59,499 nt of DNA from Parcubacteria bacterium SG8_24 (GTDB lineage: Bacteria; Patescibacteriota; Patescibacteriia; SG8-24). How positions within the stretch are numbered: the first letter of the stretch is position 1; each line of letters starts with the position of its first letter. The stretch covers positions 1-59,499 of the forward strand of contig LJNP01000002.1 in NCBI GenBank assembly GCA_001303185.1, given 5' to 3'. A program made the position numbers and the translations under genes. Positions 37,955 to 46,896 of this stretch are shown one piece after another. The notes beneath the pieces were generated by a model, which saw only the letters and a program-made list of their open reading frames with translations, was not told the DNA's origin and made no database searches.

Positions 37955-37968
37955 AACGGGGCTTTTTG
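37942..37968. terminator. Bidirectional rho-independent terminator between convergent genes
   Basis: CCCCGT-loop-ACGGGG, followed by CTTTTTGTG on plus and by TCTTTGAAC on minus. It lies between the small + gene and valS. Confidence 0.7.
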
Positions 37969-37974
37969 TGTCGA

Positions 37975-40707
37975 TCAGTCCAGGACCGTCAGCTGTTCCT
38001 GAAGCTTATCGAGGCGGTCACGCGCCGCCTCACGTTTCCGCCGCTCTGCCTCCACCACCTCCGACGGCGCCCGCTCAATGAAGGCCCGGTTGCCGAGCTT
38101 TTTCTCGAGCGCGGTCAGATAATCCTCGGTCTTCCGGATCTCCGTCATGATACGGGACCGCTCCTGTTCGATGTCGATGATGTCGCCGAGAGGCACGTGC
38201 ACCCGGATGCCCCGGACGACACTCGACGCCGCGCCGGACGGACGGTCGCCGCCCTCCGCGACGGTCAGGACGGCCACCTTGGCCAACCGACGGATGACCT
38301 CCGCGTGCCGCTTCACCAGACCGATCTGCCTGTCGGCATGGACGGTCACGTCGATCTCCCGGCCTACGTCGACCCGATAGGTCGCCCGCAGGTTACGGAT
38401 GGCAGTAATGATGTCACGGACCATATCGAAATCCCCGACATCGCTTTCCGGGGCAACCGGTGCCGGATCGCCCCAACTGGCAACCATCAGGAAATCGCCT
38501 TCGCCCTCGGCGAAAGCGCGTCGGTGAATCTCTTCGGTGACGAACGGCATGAACGGATGCCACAATTTCAGCAGCTCATACAGGACATACTCCAACAGCC
38601 GCTCCTTGCCGCCTTCGACCTTGGACACCTCCAGGTACCAGTCGGCCAGTTCGTTCCAGGTGAAATCCCGCAGCCTCTCCCCGGCCCGGGAGAAACTGTA
38701 ACTTTCGATGTCCTCGGTGGAGTCCCGCTTCACCTCGTCCAGACGGGCCAGGATCCACCGGTCAGCGAGCGTCTGCGGTTCCGGGCGGCCTGACGGCCGC
38801 CGCACCTCGCCGACGGTCATCAGGATATACCGCGACACGTTCCAGAGCTTGTTGGTGAAATTGCGGAAATGGGCGATCTTCTCCTCCGACAGCCTCAGGT
38901 CATTCCCGGGCGTGTTACCGATGATCAGTGACAGCCTTACGGCGTCGGTGCCGTACTTCTCCGACACGTCTATGGGATCGATGATGTTCTCGAGCGACTT
39001 GGACATCTTGCGCCCCTGTTCGTCACGCACCAGCCCGTGCAGATAGACCGTCTCGAACGGCACCTGACCTGTGGCGTAGGTGGTCATGAGGATCATCCGG
39101 GCGATCCAGAAGAACAGGATGTCGTAACCGGTCTCCAGGACCTGAGTGGGATGGAAACGCTTGAGGTCCTCGGTCTCCTCGGGCCAGCCCAGGGTGGAAA
39201 AAGTCCAGGTACTGGAAGAGAACCAGGTATCGAGCGTGTCCGGATCCTGGACCAGGTCACCGATGTCCTCATCACGACCGCAGGTCGGGCACTTGAGCGG
39301 TGCCTCGCCGGCGGAGACGACGATCCCCTCGCGCGAGGCCATGACCCGCCCTGCGGCTCCGGCCCGCCCTTCCGTCTCCTCATCGACGTGGCAGGACTGG
39401 CAATACCAGACCGGAATGCGGTGACCGAACCAGATCTGACGTGAGATGCACCAGTCCCGGAGGTTCTCCATCCAATGGAAATAGACCTTCTCGAACCTCT
39501 CCGGCAGGATACGGATGCTGCCGTCACGCACCGCCTCCAGCGCTAACCGCTTGAGAGACTTGCCACGGCCGGGGATCTCCTGATCGACATTGACGAACCA
39601 TTGGCGTGAGGTGAGCGGCTCGACCGGCGTGCCGCAGCGATAACAGACCGAGACGTTATGGTCCAGCTCCTCGGTCTTCTGGAGCAGCTCCCGGGACTTC
39701 AGATCCTCCACGAACCTGCGACGGGCTTCCTCCACCGCCAGGCCCGCGTATTTCCCGGCGAGGGCGGTCATCCGGCCGTCCTCGCCGATCACCTTCTTGA
39801 GCGGCAGCAGATTCTTCTCGGCCATCTCGAAATCGACCGCCGAATGGGCCGGCGTGAGCCCGACCACGCCCGAACCGAAGGCCCGGTCCACCGCCGGATC
39901 GCCGATCACCCGGATATCCTGCGGACCGATGCCGAAATCGACCTGGAAGACCTGACCGATCCTGTCCCGATAACGCCCGTCATCCGGATGGACCGCGACC
40001 GCCGTATCGCCCAACTTGGTCTCCGGCCTGGTGGTGGCCACGATGAACGGACCATACCTCAGGTAATAGAGCGTGCCCCGCTCCTCGCGGTATTCGACCT
40101 CGTCATCGGCCAAGGTCGATTCGCAACGCGGACACCAGTTGACGATGCGTGTCCCCCGGTAGATCAGGCCGTCGTCATACATCCGTCGGAACATCTCCCG
40201 GACTGTCCGCGAACGTACCTCGTCCAGGGTGTAAGCCTCGCGCGACCAGTCGCAGGATGATCCCATCTTCCTGATCTGCTTATGGATCGTCCCCTGTGAT
40301 TTCCTGATGAAATCCTCGACCCGGGCGATGAATCCGGCGCGTCCCAGATCGTACTTGGTCTTGCCTTCCCGGTCCAAGAGCTTCTCCACCTTGGTGTTGG
40401 TGGCGATCGCCGCATGGTCGGTGCCGGGCAGCCAGAGGGCGGCCTTGCCGCGCAGCCGGTGGTACCGGACCATCAGGTCCTCGAGCGTCAGGAACATGGC
40501 GTGACCGATGTGAAGTGTCCCGGTGGCATTGGGCGGCGGCATCATGATGACGAAGGGCTCCCGCCGCTGCCCCGGCAGGTTGTCCGGATCGAACAGGCCG
40601 CTCTCCTCCCAGGAACGGTAGATGCGGTCTTCGACGGCCTGAGGCTCATAGGCCGGCGGCAGCTCCGGCTCAATCGATTTTCCCTTGTGGTCAGTCCGGT
40701 CAGACAT
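37975..40707 (-). CDS. valS: Valine--tRNA ligase
   Basis: PNATGTLHIGHA (HIGH), KMSKSL, an editing domain and a C-terminal coiled coil. 910 aa. Confidence 0.96.
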   Translation of the reverse strand: MSDRTDHKGKSIEPELPPAYEPQAVEDRIYRSWEESGLFDPDNLPGQRREPFVIMMPPPNATGTLHIGHAMFLTLEDLMVRYHRLRGKAALWLPGTDHAAIATNTKVEKLLDREGKTKYDLGRAGFIARVEDFIRKSQGTIHKQIRKMGSSCDWSREAYTLDEVRSRTVREMFRRMYDDGLIYRGTRIVNWCPRCESTLADDEVEYREERGTLYYLRYGPFIVATTRPETKLGDTAVAVHPDDGRYRDRIGQVFQVDFGIGPQDIRVIGDPAVDRAFGSGVVGLTPAHSAVDFEMAEKNLLPLKKVIGEDGRMTALAGKYAGLAVEEARRRFVEDLKSRELLQKTEELDHNVSVCYRCGTPVEPLTSRQWFVNVDQEIPGRGKSLKRLALEAVRDGSIRILPERFEKVYFHWMENLRDWCISRQIWFGHRIPVWYCQSCHVDEETEGRAGAAGRVMASREGIVVSAGEAPLKCPTCGRDEDIGDLVQDPDTLDTWFSSSTWTFSTLGWPEETEDLKRFHPTQVLETGYDILFFWIARMILMTTYATGQVPFETVYLHGLVRDEQGRKMSKSLENIIDPIDVSEKYGTDAVRLSLIIGNTPGNDLRLSEEKIAHFRNFTNKLWNVSRYILMTVGEVRRPSGRPEPQTLADRWILARLDEVKRDSTEDIESYSFSRAGERLRDFTWNELADWYLEVSKVEGGKERLLEYVLYELLKLWHPFMPFVTEEIHRRAFAEGEGDFLMVASWGDPAPVAPESDVGDFDMVRDIITAIRNLRATYRVDVGREIDVTVHADRQIGLVKRHAEVIRRLAKVAVLTVAEGGDRPSGAASSVVRGIRVHVPLGDIIDIEQERSRIMTEIRKTEDYLTALEKKLGNRAFIERAPSEVVEAERRKREAARDRLDKLQEQLTVLD

Positions 40708-40734
40708 AAGCTCATCAGACGATGACGTTATCTT

Positions 40735-40762
40735 ATTATATTGCCCTTCGGCCGAAAAGCAA
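40735..40762 (-). promoter_or_regulatory. Sigma70-like valS promoter
   Basis: Minus strand TTGCTT-16 nt-TATAAT, 27 nt upstream of the valS ATG. Confidence 0.6.
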
Positions 40763-40800
40763 CCGCCGGAGCGGGCCAGGGTCGTGAACGATCCGCCTGA

Positions 40801-40829
40801 TTGACCGGACCGGAACCCTGCGTTAACTT
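40801..40829 (+). promoter_or_regulatory. Sigma70-like promoter, divergent from valS
   Basis: TTGACC-17 nt-TAACTT, about 50 nt upstream of ATG 40883. Confidence 0.5.
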
Positions 40830-40882
40830 GGTAAGGCTCCTTTCAACCTCGTGGGCCACATCGTGCATTGCAGGAGGATGCG

Positions 40883-41350
40883 ATGGATACCATTCTCGGG
40901 TTTCTGGTGGCGCTGACACTCTTCTCTGCCGCCGGATTCACGGGCGAATGCCTGTACAATGGCCTGGAGCCGGTCATCAGAAGCCTGATCCGGAAAGAGC
41001 GGATCGACTGGAGGCTGCAGGGTGCCGTATCGCTGTGGTGTATCCCGGTCTATGGATTGTCGGCGGCCGTGGGTTACCACCTGGTCGCCGCGACGCTGTT
41101 TCCGGATTTCTTCGATATGCCCTGGCCGCTGCGGGGCGCGGCCTACGTCGCCGGCATCTATCTCTGGGAGATGCTCTGGGGCCTCGTCACGGAACGGGTC
41201 TTGGGGCGTTGTCTCTGGCAGTACCGCGACTCGCGCTACCGTCTGTTCCGGTATATCAATCCCTGGTTCGCCCCTATCTGGTTCGGCTTCGGCTTCATCC
41301 TGGAATGGACCGAACGATGCATCATCCCGGCGATCGTGGGCTGTTGCTGA
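40883..41350 (+). CDS. Polytopic membrane protein (possibly PF06541 'ABC-transporter type IV'-like)
   Basis: AGGAGG-5 nt-ATG at 40883. Four or five TM spans. LWEMLWGLVTERVLGRCLWQYRDSRYRLFRYINPWFAPIWFGFGF resembles that family. The family call is weak. Confidence 0.45.
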   Translation: MDTILGFLVALTLFSAAGFTGECLYNGLEPVIRSLIRKERIDWRLQGAVSLWCIPVYGLSAAVGYHLVAATLFPDFFDMPWPLRGAAYVAGIYLWEMLWGLVTERVLGRCLWQYRDSRYRLFRYINPWFAPIWFGFGFILEWTERCIIPAIVGCC

Positions 41351-41352
41351 AT

Positions 41353-41378
41353 AATCCGCTTGAACAAGCGGATTTTTC
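41353..41378 (+). terminator. Rho-independent terminator
   Basis: AATCCGCTT-GAAC-AAGCGGATT followed by TTTTCG. Confidence 0.85.
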
Positions 41379-41452
41379 GTCCGGACTGACTTACCCTCAT
41401 TTAAGCTGAAAATGTCATCCTATCTTGACGTTTTAGGCCCAACCGAGGGGAT

Positions 41453-41481
41453 TTGACAAGTACGACGGCCCACGATAAGGT
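41453..41481 (+). promoter_or_regulatory. Sigma70-like promoter of the DHH-family gene
   Basis: TTGACA-17 nt-TAAGGT, 30 nt upstream of ATG 41511. Confidence 0.55.
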
Positions 41482-41510
41482 ATCCCATTCCCGAAAAAGT
41501 CAGTCAGGCT

Positions 41511-42731
41511 ATGGCCCGGAAGATGTCCCAACAATTCATGGAGGCCCTGAACGGCAAGAACCACGTCCTGATAACTACCCGCAAGGACTGGACGGTGGAC
41601 GGGGTGGCTACCGCACTGGCGATCAAGTCCGTACTGGAGAGGCGCCGAACGAACGTCGATGTGATCATCGACGGTTTTTCTCCCGGGCCGACACTGTCCT
41701 TCCTTGAAGGGATCGACACGATACGCCCGGCCTTCGGCCAGCTCCAGAAATTCGTCATCTCGCTCGACGTCTCCAAGAGCAAGCTCGACGAGCTGTCCTA
41801 TGACGTGAAGGAGGGTCGCCTCAACATCTACGTCACGCCCAAGGAGGGCCGTTTCCGGGACAAGGACGTCTCGACCGCGGCCTCGGAATTCAAATACGAC
41901 CTGATCGTCACCGTGGATACGCCAGATCACGATTCGTTAGGAAGGCTATTCTCGGAGCACACCGACCTATTCCACCAGCTGCCGGTCATCAACATCGACC
42001 ATGACACCTCGAACGAACAGTACGGCAACCTGAACCTGACCGACATCACGGCGACCTCCTGCGCCGAAGTGGTCCACGGCATCTTCCGCGAGACGCCGGA
42101 GAACACGCTCGACGAGCGGGTGGCCACGGCGCTGCTCACCGGCATCATCGCCAAGACGCGCAGCTTCAAGTCGCCGAACGTCACGCCCCGTACCCTTGAT
42201 GCCGCTTCGGTCCTGGTGGCCGCCGGCGCCCGGCGGGAAGAGATCGTCCAGCAGCTCTACCGGACCAGATCCCTGGCGACGCTGAAACTGTGGGGGCGGG
42301 CGCTGGCCCGGCTGAAACATGACCCGGAGACCCGGACCGTCTGGACCCTGCTGCTGCGCCAGGATTTCGTCCATGCCGGCGCCAACGAGGAATTCCTGCC
42401 GGAGGTCATCCATGAGCTGATCGTGAACGCGCCGGAAGCCGAGATCGTCAGTCTCATCTACGAACAGGAATCGGCCCAGGAGACCGGGAAGGTGTCCGGC
42501 GTCTGCGCCCTGGTCACCTCGGAAAGACATGCCGATGCCCTCGGCCTGGTCTCTTCCCTGCGGCCGGAAGGCGACCGTCGTCTGGCCCGGGTCTGCTTCC
42601 CCGGAGTGAAGATAATGGAGGCGGAAAAGGCGGTGATCGGCTCGATCCGGGCCTCGCTCGGTAAGGGTCCTCATCCGACCTGGCCGCTGGTCGCCGAAGA
42701 AGCCTCATCGGCCCGGCCGACCGGTTCCTGA
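41511..42731 (+). CDS. DHH/DHHA1-family phosphoesterase homologue (NrnA-like) with degenerate catalytic motifs
   Basis: NrnA-like layout: HVLITTRKDWTVDGVATALAI, LIVTVDTPD, VINIDHDTSNEQYG. The DHH triad reads DHD, motif I lacks the DGD, and I find no GGGH in the C-terminal domain. Confidence 0.6.
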   Translation: MARKMSQQFMEALNGKNHVLITTRKDWTVDGVATALAIKSVLERRRTNVDVIIDGFSPGPTLSFLEGIDTIRPAFGQLQKFVISLDVSKSKLDELSYDVKEGRLNIYVTPKEGRFRDKDVSTAASEFKYDLIVTVDTPDHDSLGRLFSEHTDLFHQLPVINIDHDTSNEQYGNLNLTDITATSCAEVVHGIFRETPENTLDERVATALLTGIIAKTRSFKSPNVTPRTLDAASVLVAAGARREEIVQQLYRTRSLATLKLWGRALARLKHDPETRTVWTLLLRQDFVHAGANEEFLPEVIHELIVNAPEAEIVSLIYEQESAQETGKVSGVCALVTSERHADALGLVSSLRPEGDRRLARVCFPGVKIMEAEKAVIGSIRASLGKGPHPTWPLVAEEASSARPTGS

Positions 42732-42775
42732 CCTTGATTTTCCCGCCAAACCGTCCTATGATGTGACGGAACCGC

Positions 42776-42852
42776 GGGCGTGTAGCTCAGTTGGTTAGAG
42801 CGTTACGTTGACATCGTAAAGGTCAGTGGTTCGACTCCACTCACGCCCACCA
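42776..42852 (+). tRNA. tRNA-Val (anticodon GAC), CCA encoded
   Basis: GGGCGTGTAGCTCAGTTGGTTAGAGCGTTACGTTGACATCGTAAAGGTCAGTGGTTCGACTCCACTCACGCCCACCA. Anticodon loop TTGACAT, T-loop TTCGACT. Confidence 0.95.
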
Positions 42853-42856
42853 AAAA

Positions 42857-42885
42857 GGCGCCAGCGCAAGCTGGTGCCTTTTTTT
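42857..42885 (+). terminator. Rho-independent terminator after tRNA-Val
   Basis: GGCGCCAGC-GCAA-GCTGGTGCC followed by TTTTTTT. Confidence 0.9.
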
Positions 42886-42903
42886 GCGAAAGGATTTGGC
42901 CAT

Positions 42904-42937
42904 AAAAAAACCCGCTTCGTGAAACTCACGGAGCGGG
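42904..42937 (-). terminator. Rho-independent terminator ending the nine-gene cluster
   Basis: Minus strand CCCGCTCCGTG-AGTTT-CACGAAGCGGG followed by TTTTTTT, 6 nt after the AAA+ stop. Confidence 0.9.
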
Positions 42938-42943
42938 TGAAGT

Positions 42944-44902
42944 TCAGCGTATGCCTTCAGCCTCGAGCTGCCGCACCTCTTCAAGCCATCGGTCGCGGTC
43001 AGCGTCAGTCATCCGCGGATCGATCACAACCATGTTCTTGCGGTCGGCTTCAGTGTACGGCCGATCCGGCAGCAGGCTGCGACGCGTGCAGTTCAGCAGC
43101 GCCTGCAACGTCTGATAGCGCCGGGTCTCGGAGATCGACGGCGGGATGATGTCCCGGGCGACCTCCAGGGCCTGTTCCGGACTGAGCTGGCCTTCACCGG
43201 CCTCGGCCCGCAGCTCCCCGCGGAGCAGGGCGAAGCTGGCCGCCGAGTAGCCGCGGGTGAGCTTCTCTAACTCCTCGCGGTACCCCTCCAGGCTCCCGGA
43301 GACGGTGCCTTGGAGCGTCCAGGCGATGAATTCGTCACGGTCCTCCCCTTCCGGGTCGAGTACCGGGATGATCAGGTCGCCGACGCGTCCCGGACGAAGC
43401 ATGTCCGGCGGCAACAGGTGTACCCGGGCCGTCATCAGCAGCCAGAGTATCCGCCCTTTCAGTCTCGGATCGGACATCATAGCCAGCATCTGTCCGGTGA
43501 CCCGACGCTCGGTGGAGTGCGGTTCGCCGGAAACGTCGGAGAACGACGTGTCGGCCTCGTCCACGAAGATCAGCGCCTTGGACAGTGCCTCGAGCACCCG
43601 TCGCAGCCGTTCCAGGATGAGATCGGTCTCACCGAACCACTTGCTGCGGATACCCTTGAGCACCAGGACCGGCATGCCGAGCTCCGCGGCCACGGCCTCG
43701 AAAATGTAGGTCTTACCCACACCGAGCGGTCCGCAGACGATGGCTCCGGACAGGGCGCCCCGGCCCGAGGCGCGAAACCGCGGGATGAGCCGTTCTCCGA
43801 TGAACGTCTTCAGCTTCCGGTTGCCGACCAGGTCCTCCAGGCGGTGCGCCGGCTTCTTGAATTGGACGACTTCTTCGCCCAATTGGGACTTGATGAAGGC
43901 TTCCACCTTGTCCACCACCTCTTCCGAGGTAAGCCGTCCGCCCTGATGGGCCGCGCCCTTGAGCAGCTGGAAAAGCGCGTGTACCGAGAGTCCGGCCGTC
44001 CACTTCACCAGGTCGGCCCCGCCTTCCAGGGTCGTCGGCGGCCGTTCCGGACCGCCGGACAGGAGATGCCGGCGGTCGAACCAGGCGATGCAGTGACGAC
44101 GCTGTTCCTCGTCCGGCGAGGGGATGTCGACCCTCAGCATCTGGGGCAGTTTCGACACCCGCTGGTTGACCAGGTTCCGGGACTCCGAGATGAGCACGAC
44201 GATGTCGCCGCCGCTCATGAAGCCCGGATCCGACAGCCAGTCGCGGCAGATGGCCACGCGGTGCCGGTCGGCCTCGGAGAGCCGGCTGATCTCCCCTTCG
44301 GGGATGATCATATCGGCCCCCTCGATGACGATAATCAGGTGCTCCGGCAGGAGCGGTACGCCATCGCCGTCCTCGGCCCGGGAACAGAGGCACATCTGTC
44401 TCAGGGCCTCGAGAGCCAGACTCGGCTTACCGGCCGCTTCCGTCAGCAAACGGTCGAACTGCGTGCCGAGTTCCTTGAGCCTGGCCGCCGCCTCGTCCTT
44501 CCACGAGGAACTATGGGCCGGGTCGAGACCGCTGCGGTACCTGACCCAGGCCTCCTTGACCTTGTCACGTTGCGCCTGGTCGGCGAACTTCAGCGGACTG
44601 TTCATCTGGTACATGACCAGGATCCGGTCGTCGAGATGCCACTTGGCCCTCAGGTACTCGGCCAGAGGGACATAGTCACCCCTGAACCCGTTGACCTCGG
44701 GAGCGAAGAACAGGTCGTGGATATTGCCGGTCAGCATCAGCGAACGGGACTGGCCCGAGTTGAGGATGCGGGCGGCCCGACGCCGGAACCCGTAATCGGG
44801 ATCCGGACCGATCGCCTTCTCCCGGACTGCGGACCAGTTCGTCACCACTTCACCCTTCTCGGGCACCTGATGTTCTTTCCGGAGATTGATGTGCGGACTC
44901 AT
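42944..44902 (-). CDS. Tandem AAA+ ATPase: degenerate N-terminal module plus classical-clade AAA module
   Basis: C-terminal module has Walker A GPLGVGKT, Walker B LIFVDEAD and second region of homology LRPGRVGDLIIPVLDPEGEDR. The N-terminal ~370 aa keeps an AAA-like layout without a P-loop (SRSLMLTGNIHDLFF; LIIVIEGADMIIPEG; VVLISESRNL...LRVDIPSPDEEQRR). The start overlaps the ABC ATPase stop as ATGA. Confidence 0.85.
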   Translation of the reverse strand: MSPHINLRKEHQVPEKGEVVTNWSAVREKAIGPDPDYGFRRRAARILNSGQSRSLMLTGNIHDLFFAPEVNGFRGDYVPLAEYLRAKWHLDDRILVMYQMNSPLKFADQAQRDKVKEAWVRYRSGLDPAHSSSWKDEAAARLKELGTQFDRLLTEAAGKPSLALEALRQMCLCSRAEDGDGVPLLPEHLIIVIEGADMIIPEGEISRLSEADRHRVAICRDWLSDPGFMSGGDIVVLISESRNLVNQRVSKLPQMLRVDIPSPDEEQRRHCIAWFDRRHLLSGGPERPPTTLEGGADLVKWTAGLSVHALFQLLKGAAHQGGRLTSEEVVDKVEAFIKSQLGEEVVQFKKPAHRLEDLVGNRKLKTFIGERLIPRFRASGRGALSGAIVCGPLGVGKTYIFEAVAAELGMPVLVLKGIRSKWFGETDLILERLRRVLEALSKALIFVDEADTSFSDVSGEPHSTERRVTGQMLAMMSDPRLKGRILWLLMTARVHLLPPDMLRPGRVGDLIIPVLDPEGEDRDEFIAWTLQGTVSGSLEGYREELEKLTRGYSAASFALLRGELRAEAGEGQLSPEQALEVARDIIPPSISETRRYQTLQALLNCTRRSLLPDRPYTEADRKNMVVIDPRMTDADRDRWLEEVRQLEAEGIR

Positions 44903-45891
44903 GCTAGCACCCCCTCGGCCCGACCGTCGGCGACCTTCTTCCAGAAGAGGTCGTGTTCCGCCGGATCGGTCCGCGCTTCCGGATCGAAGACGACCCGCCG
45001 GATCGTCTCCCGCTGCTCACGGAGCCTCTCGAAATCCCGCACCTGGTCCAGACCGTGCACCGGAGCGGTGTCGTCGTAGACTACGGTGGCACCGGGGGGT
45101 CGCCGGATGCCGTAATCTTCCCAGTTCCAGTACTGGGAGAGTCCGACCACCCGGTCCCCGACGTAAAGGGCCTCGTTGAGCTCATGGGTGACCAGCAGCA
45201 TGGTGTAGGGTGGCTTCTCCCCGGCCTGTTTGGCCTTGAGGTTCTCCCCATACAGGGAGAGCAGCATGCGCTGCAGGTCCTCCCGGGTAGCCTCGTCGAG
45301 CGCCCCGAACGGCTCGTCCATCAGCATCACCTCGGGCCTCATGATCATCGCCTGAGCGATGGCCACGCGCTGGCACATGCCGCCGGACAGCTCATGGGGG
45401 TACTTCCTGAGAGCGTCCTGGAGTCCGACCCGCACCAGCATCTCCTCCGCGGCGCGCAGGTGACGCCGGCGCAACTGACGCCAGGCGAAGGGACGGAACG
45501 TCCGGAAAGGGATGCTCGTCTCATCGAGCATCGGCCCGAAAGCCACGTTCTGCTGGGCCGTCAGAAAGGGGAATAGCGAGTAGCGCTGGTAGACCATGCC
45601 CCGATCGCGACCCGGAGAGCGTACCACTTGGACGCCCGATCCGTTGCCCGAGTGCATGGCGATGTGGCCTTCGCTGGGCGGATGGGTACCGACGATCGCC
45701 CTGAGCAAGGTTGACTTGCCACAACCGCTCGGACCGACCAGGGCCACGATCTGACCACGGCCGATCCGCAGGTTGATGTCGTGCAATACCTTCTTGGCGC
45801 CGAAACGGTGATGAAGGTTGATGCACTGGAGGACGATGTCGTGCCGCTGGACAGCCGCCGCGGCCCCGACGGTTCCGGTTGCCGAGTTCAT
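44899..45891 (-). CDS. ABC transporter ATP-binding protein (NitT/TauT-type)
   Basis: Walker A GPSGCGKST, MVYQRYSLFPFLTAQQNVAFG, signature LSGGMCQRVAIA, Walker B VMLMDEPF. GGAGG-6 nt-ATG at 45891 overlaps the permease stop as ATGA. Confidence 0.9.
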   Translation of the reverse strand: MNSATGTVGAAAAVQRHDIVLQCINLHHRFGAKKVLHDINLRIGRGQIVALVGPSGCGKSTLLRAIVGTHPPSEGHIAMHSGNGSGVQVVRSPGRDRGMVYQRYSLFPFLTAQQNVAFGPMLDETSIPFRTFRPFAWRQLRRRHLRAAEEMLVRVGLQDALRKYPHELSGGMCQRVAIAQAMIMRPEVMLMDEPFGALDEATREDLQRMLLSLYGENLKAKQAGEKPPYTMLLVTHELNEALYVGDRVVGLSQYWNWEDYGIRRPPGATVVYDDTAPVHGLDQVRDFERLREQRETIRRVVFDPEARTDPAEHDLFWKKVADGRAEGVLA

Positions 45892-46703
45892 GACGACCTC
45901 CTTCCTCCGTCGTGCCAACGGCAGACGAGTCGCTGCAGCTGCTTCATGCCGACGTTCATCAGGAACCCGAACATCATCAGGTAGAAGAGATAGGGGTAGA
46001 CCACCCCCATGTCCAACAGCCGCGACAGGAGCCTGATCCGGTAACCGAACCCGACGTCCCCGACCACCATCTCGGCGGCGATCAGGAAGACCATGGCCGG
46101 CCCGAACTGAAGACGCACGGCATCGATCAGTTTGGGCAGCATATGCCGGACGATCACGTTCCAGACCACTTCGGCATGCGACGCGCCGAGGGTGTAGGCC
46201 TTGTACAGCAGCTCTTCAGGGACGTCCCGGACCGACAGATGGACGGTCTGGGCCAGGGTCGGCAACACGCCGAAGGCGATCATGGCGACATACATCTCGG
46301 TGTCCGTGCCCACGAGCACGAAGAACACCGCCAGCATCGCCGTCGGCGGCACCTGGGCGAACAGGGACAGGGGCGGCACGAGCAGCGCCTCCACTGTCGC
46401 CGAACAGCCCATGAGTATGCCGAGGAAGACCGCTCCCAGGACGCCGCACAGCAGCCCCAGGAAGAGGCGCGACAGCGTCGCCTTGGAATCGACGACGACC
46501 CAGCGTTCTCCCGAACGGGGATGCGGCTGGACCGCCTTGACCACCCCCTCCTTGAGCTGGCTCCAGGAGGGTATCGTGGTGTCTTCAGGGTTCTCGATAT
46601 GCTGCCGGTGCGACAGATAGGTGTATCCGCCAAGCAGCAATCCGACCGCCAGCAACCCCAGGACCACCCGGGGCCACTTCCTTCTGAAAGGTTGTCTGAT
46701 CAC
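45888..46703 (-). CDS. ABC transporter permease (NitT/TauT-type)
   Basis: Six TM spans and a binding-protein-dependent permease core (LFLGLLCGVLGAVFLGILMG...TLAQTVHLSVRDVPEELLYKAYTLGAS). The AAGGAGG-6 nt-GTG start at 46703 is preferred over the track's 47006, which overlaps the SBP gene. Confidence 0.85.
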   Translation of the reverse strand: MIRQPFRRKWPRVVLGLLAVGLLLGGYTYLSHRQHIENPEDTTIPSWSQLKEGVVKAVQPHPRSGERWVVVDSKATLSRLFLGLLCGVLGAVFLGILMGCSATVEALLVPPLSLFAQVPPTAMLAVFFVLVGTDTEMYVAMIAFGVLPTLAQTVHLSVRDVPEELLYKAYTLGASHAEVVWNVIVRHMLPKLIDAVRLQFGPAMVFLIAAEMVVGDVGFGYRIRLLSRLLDMGVVYPYLFYLMMFGFLMNVGMKQLQRLVCRWHDGGRRSS

Positions 46704-46826
46704 GACGAACCTCCTTTTCGAAACGTCCGGAAACTCACCAGATTGTCGACTATACGCTTCTTTTTCGTATGTAACGAACGGTTCTCCTCCTTTCTCGGGA
46801 TCCCCAGACGGTCCTGAGGGGCTCGA

Positions 46827-46869
46827 GAAAAGAGACGGCCGGAGGGTCGAAGTTTGACCCTCCGGCCGT
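46827..46869 (-). terminator. Strong intra-operon stem-loop/attenuator between the SBP and permease genes
   Basis: Minus strand ACGGCCGGAGGGTC-AAACTTC-GACCCTCCGGCCGT (14-bp perfect stem) followed by CTCTTTTCTCG. Confidence 0.7.
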
Positions 46870-46896
46870 GGTCGGAAGACGGGACGCCGATGCCCG

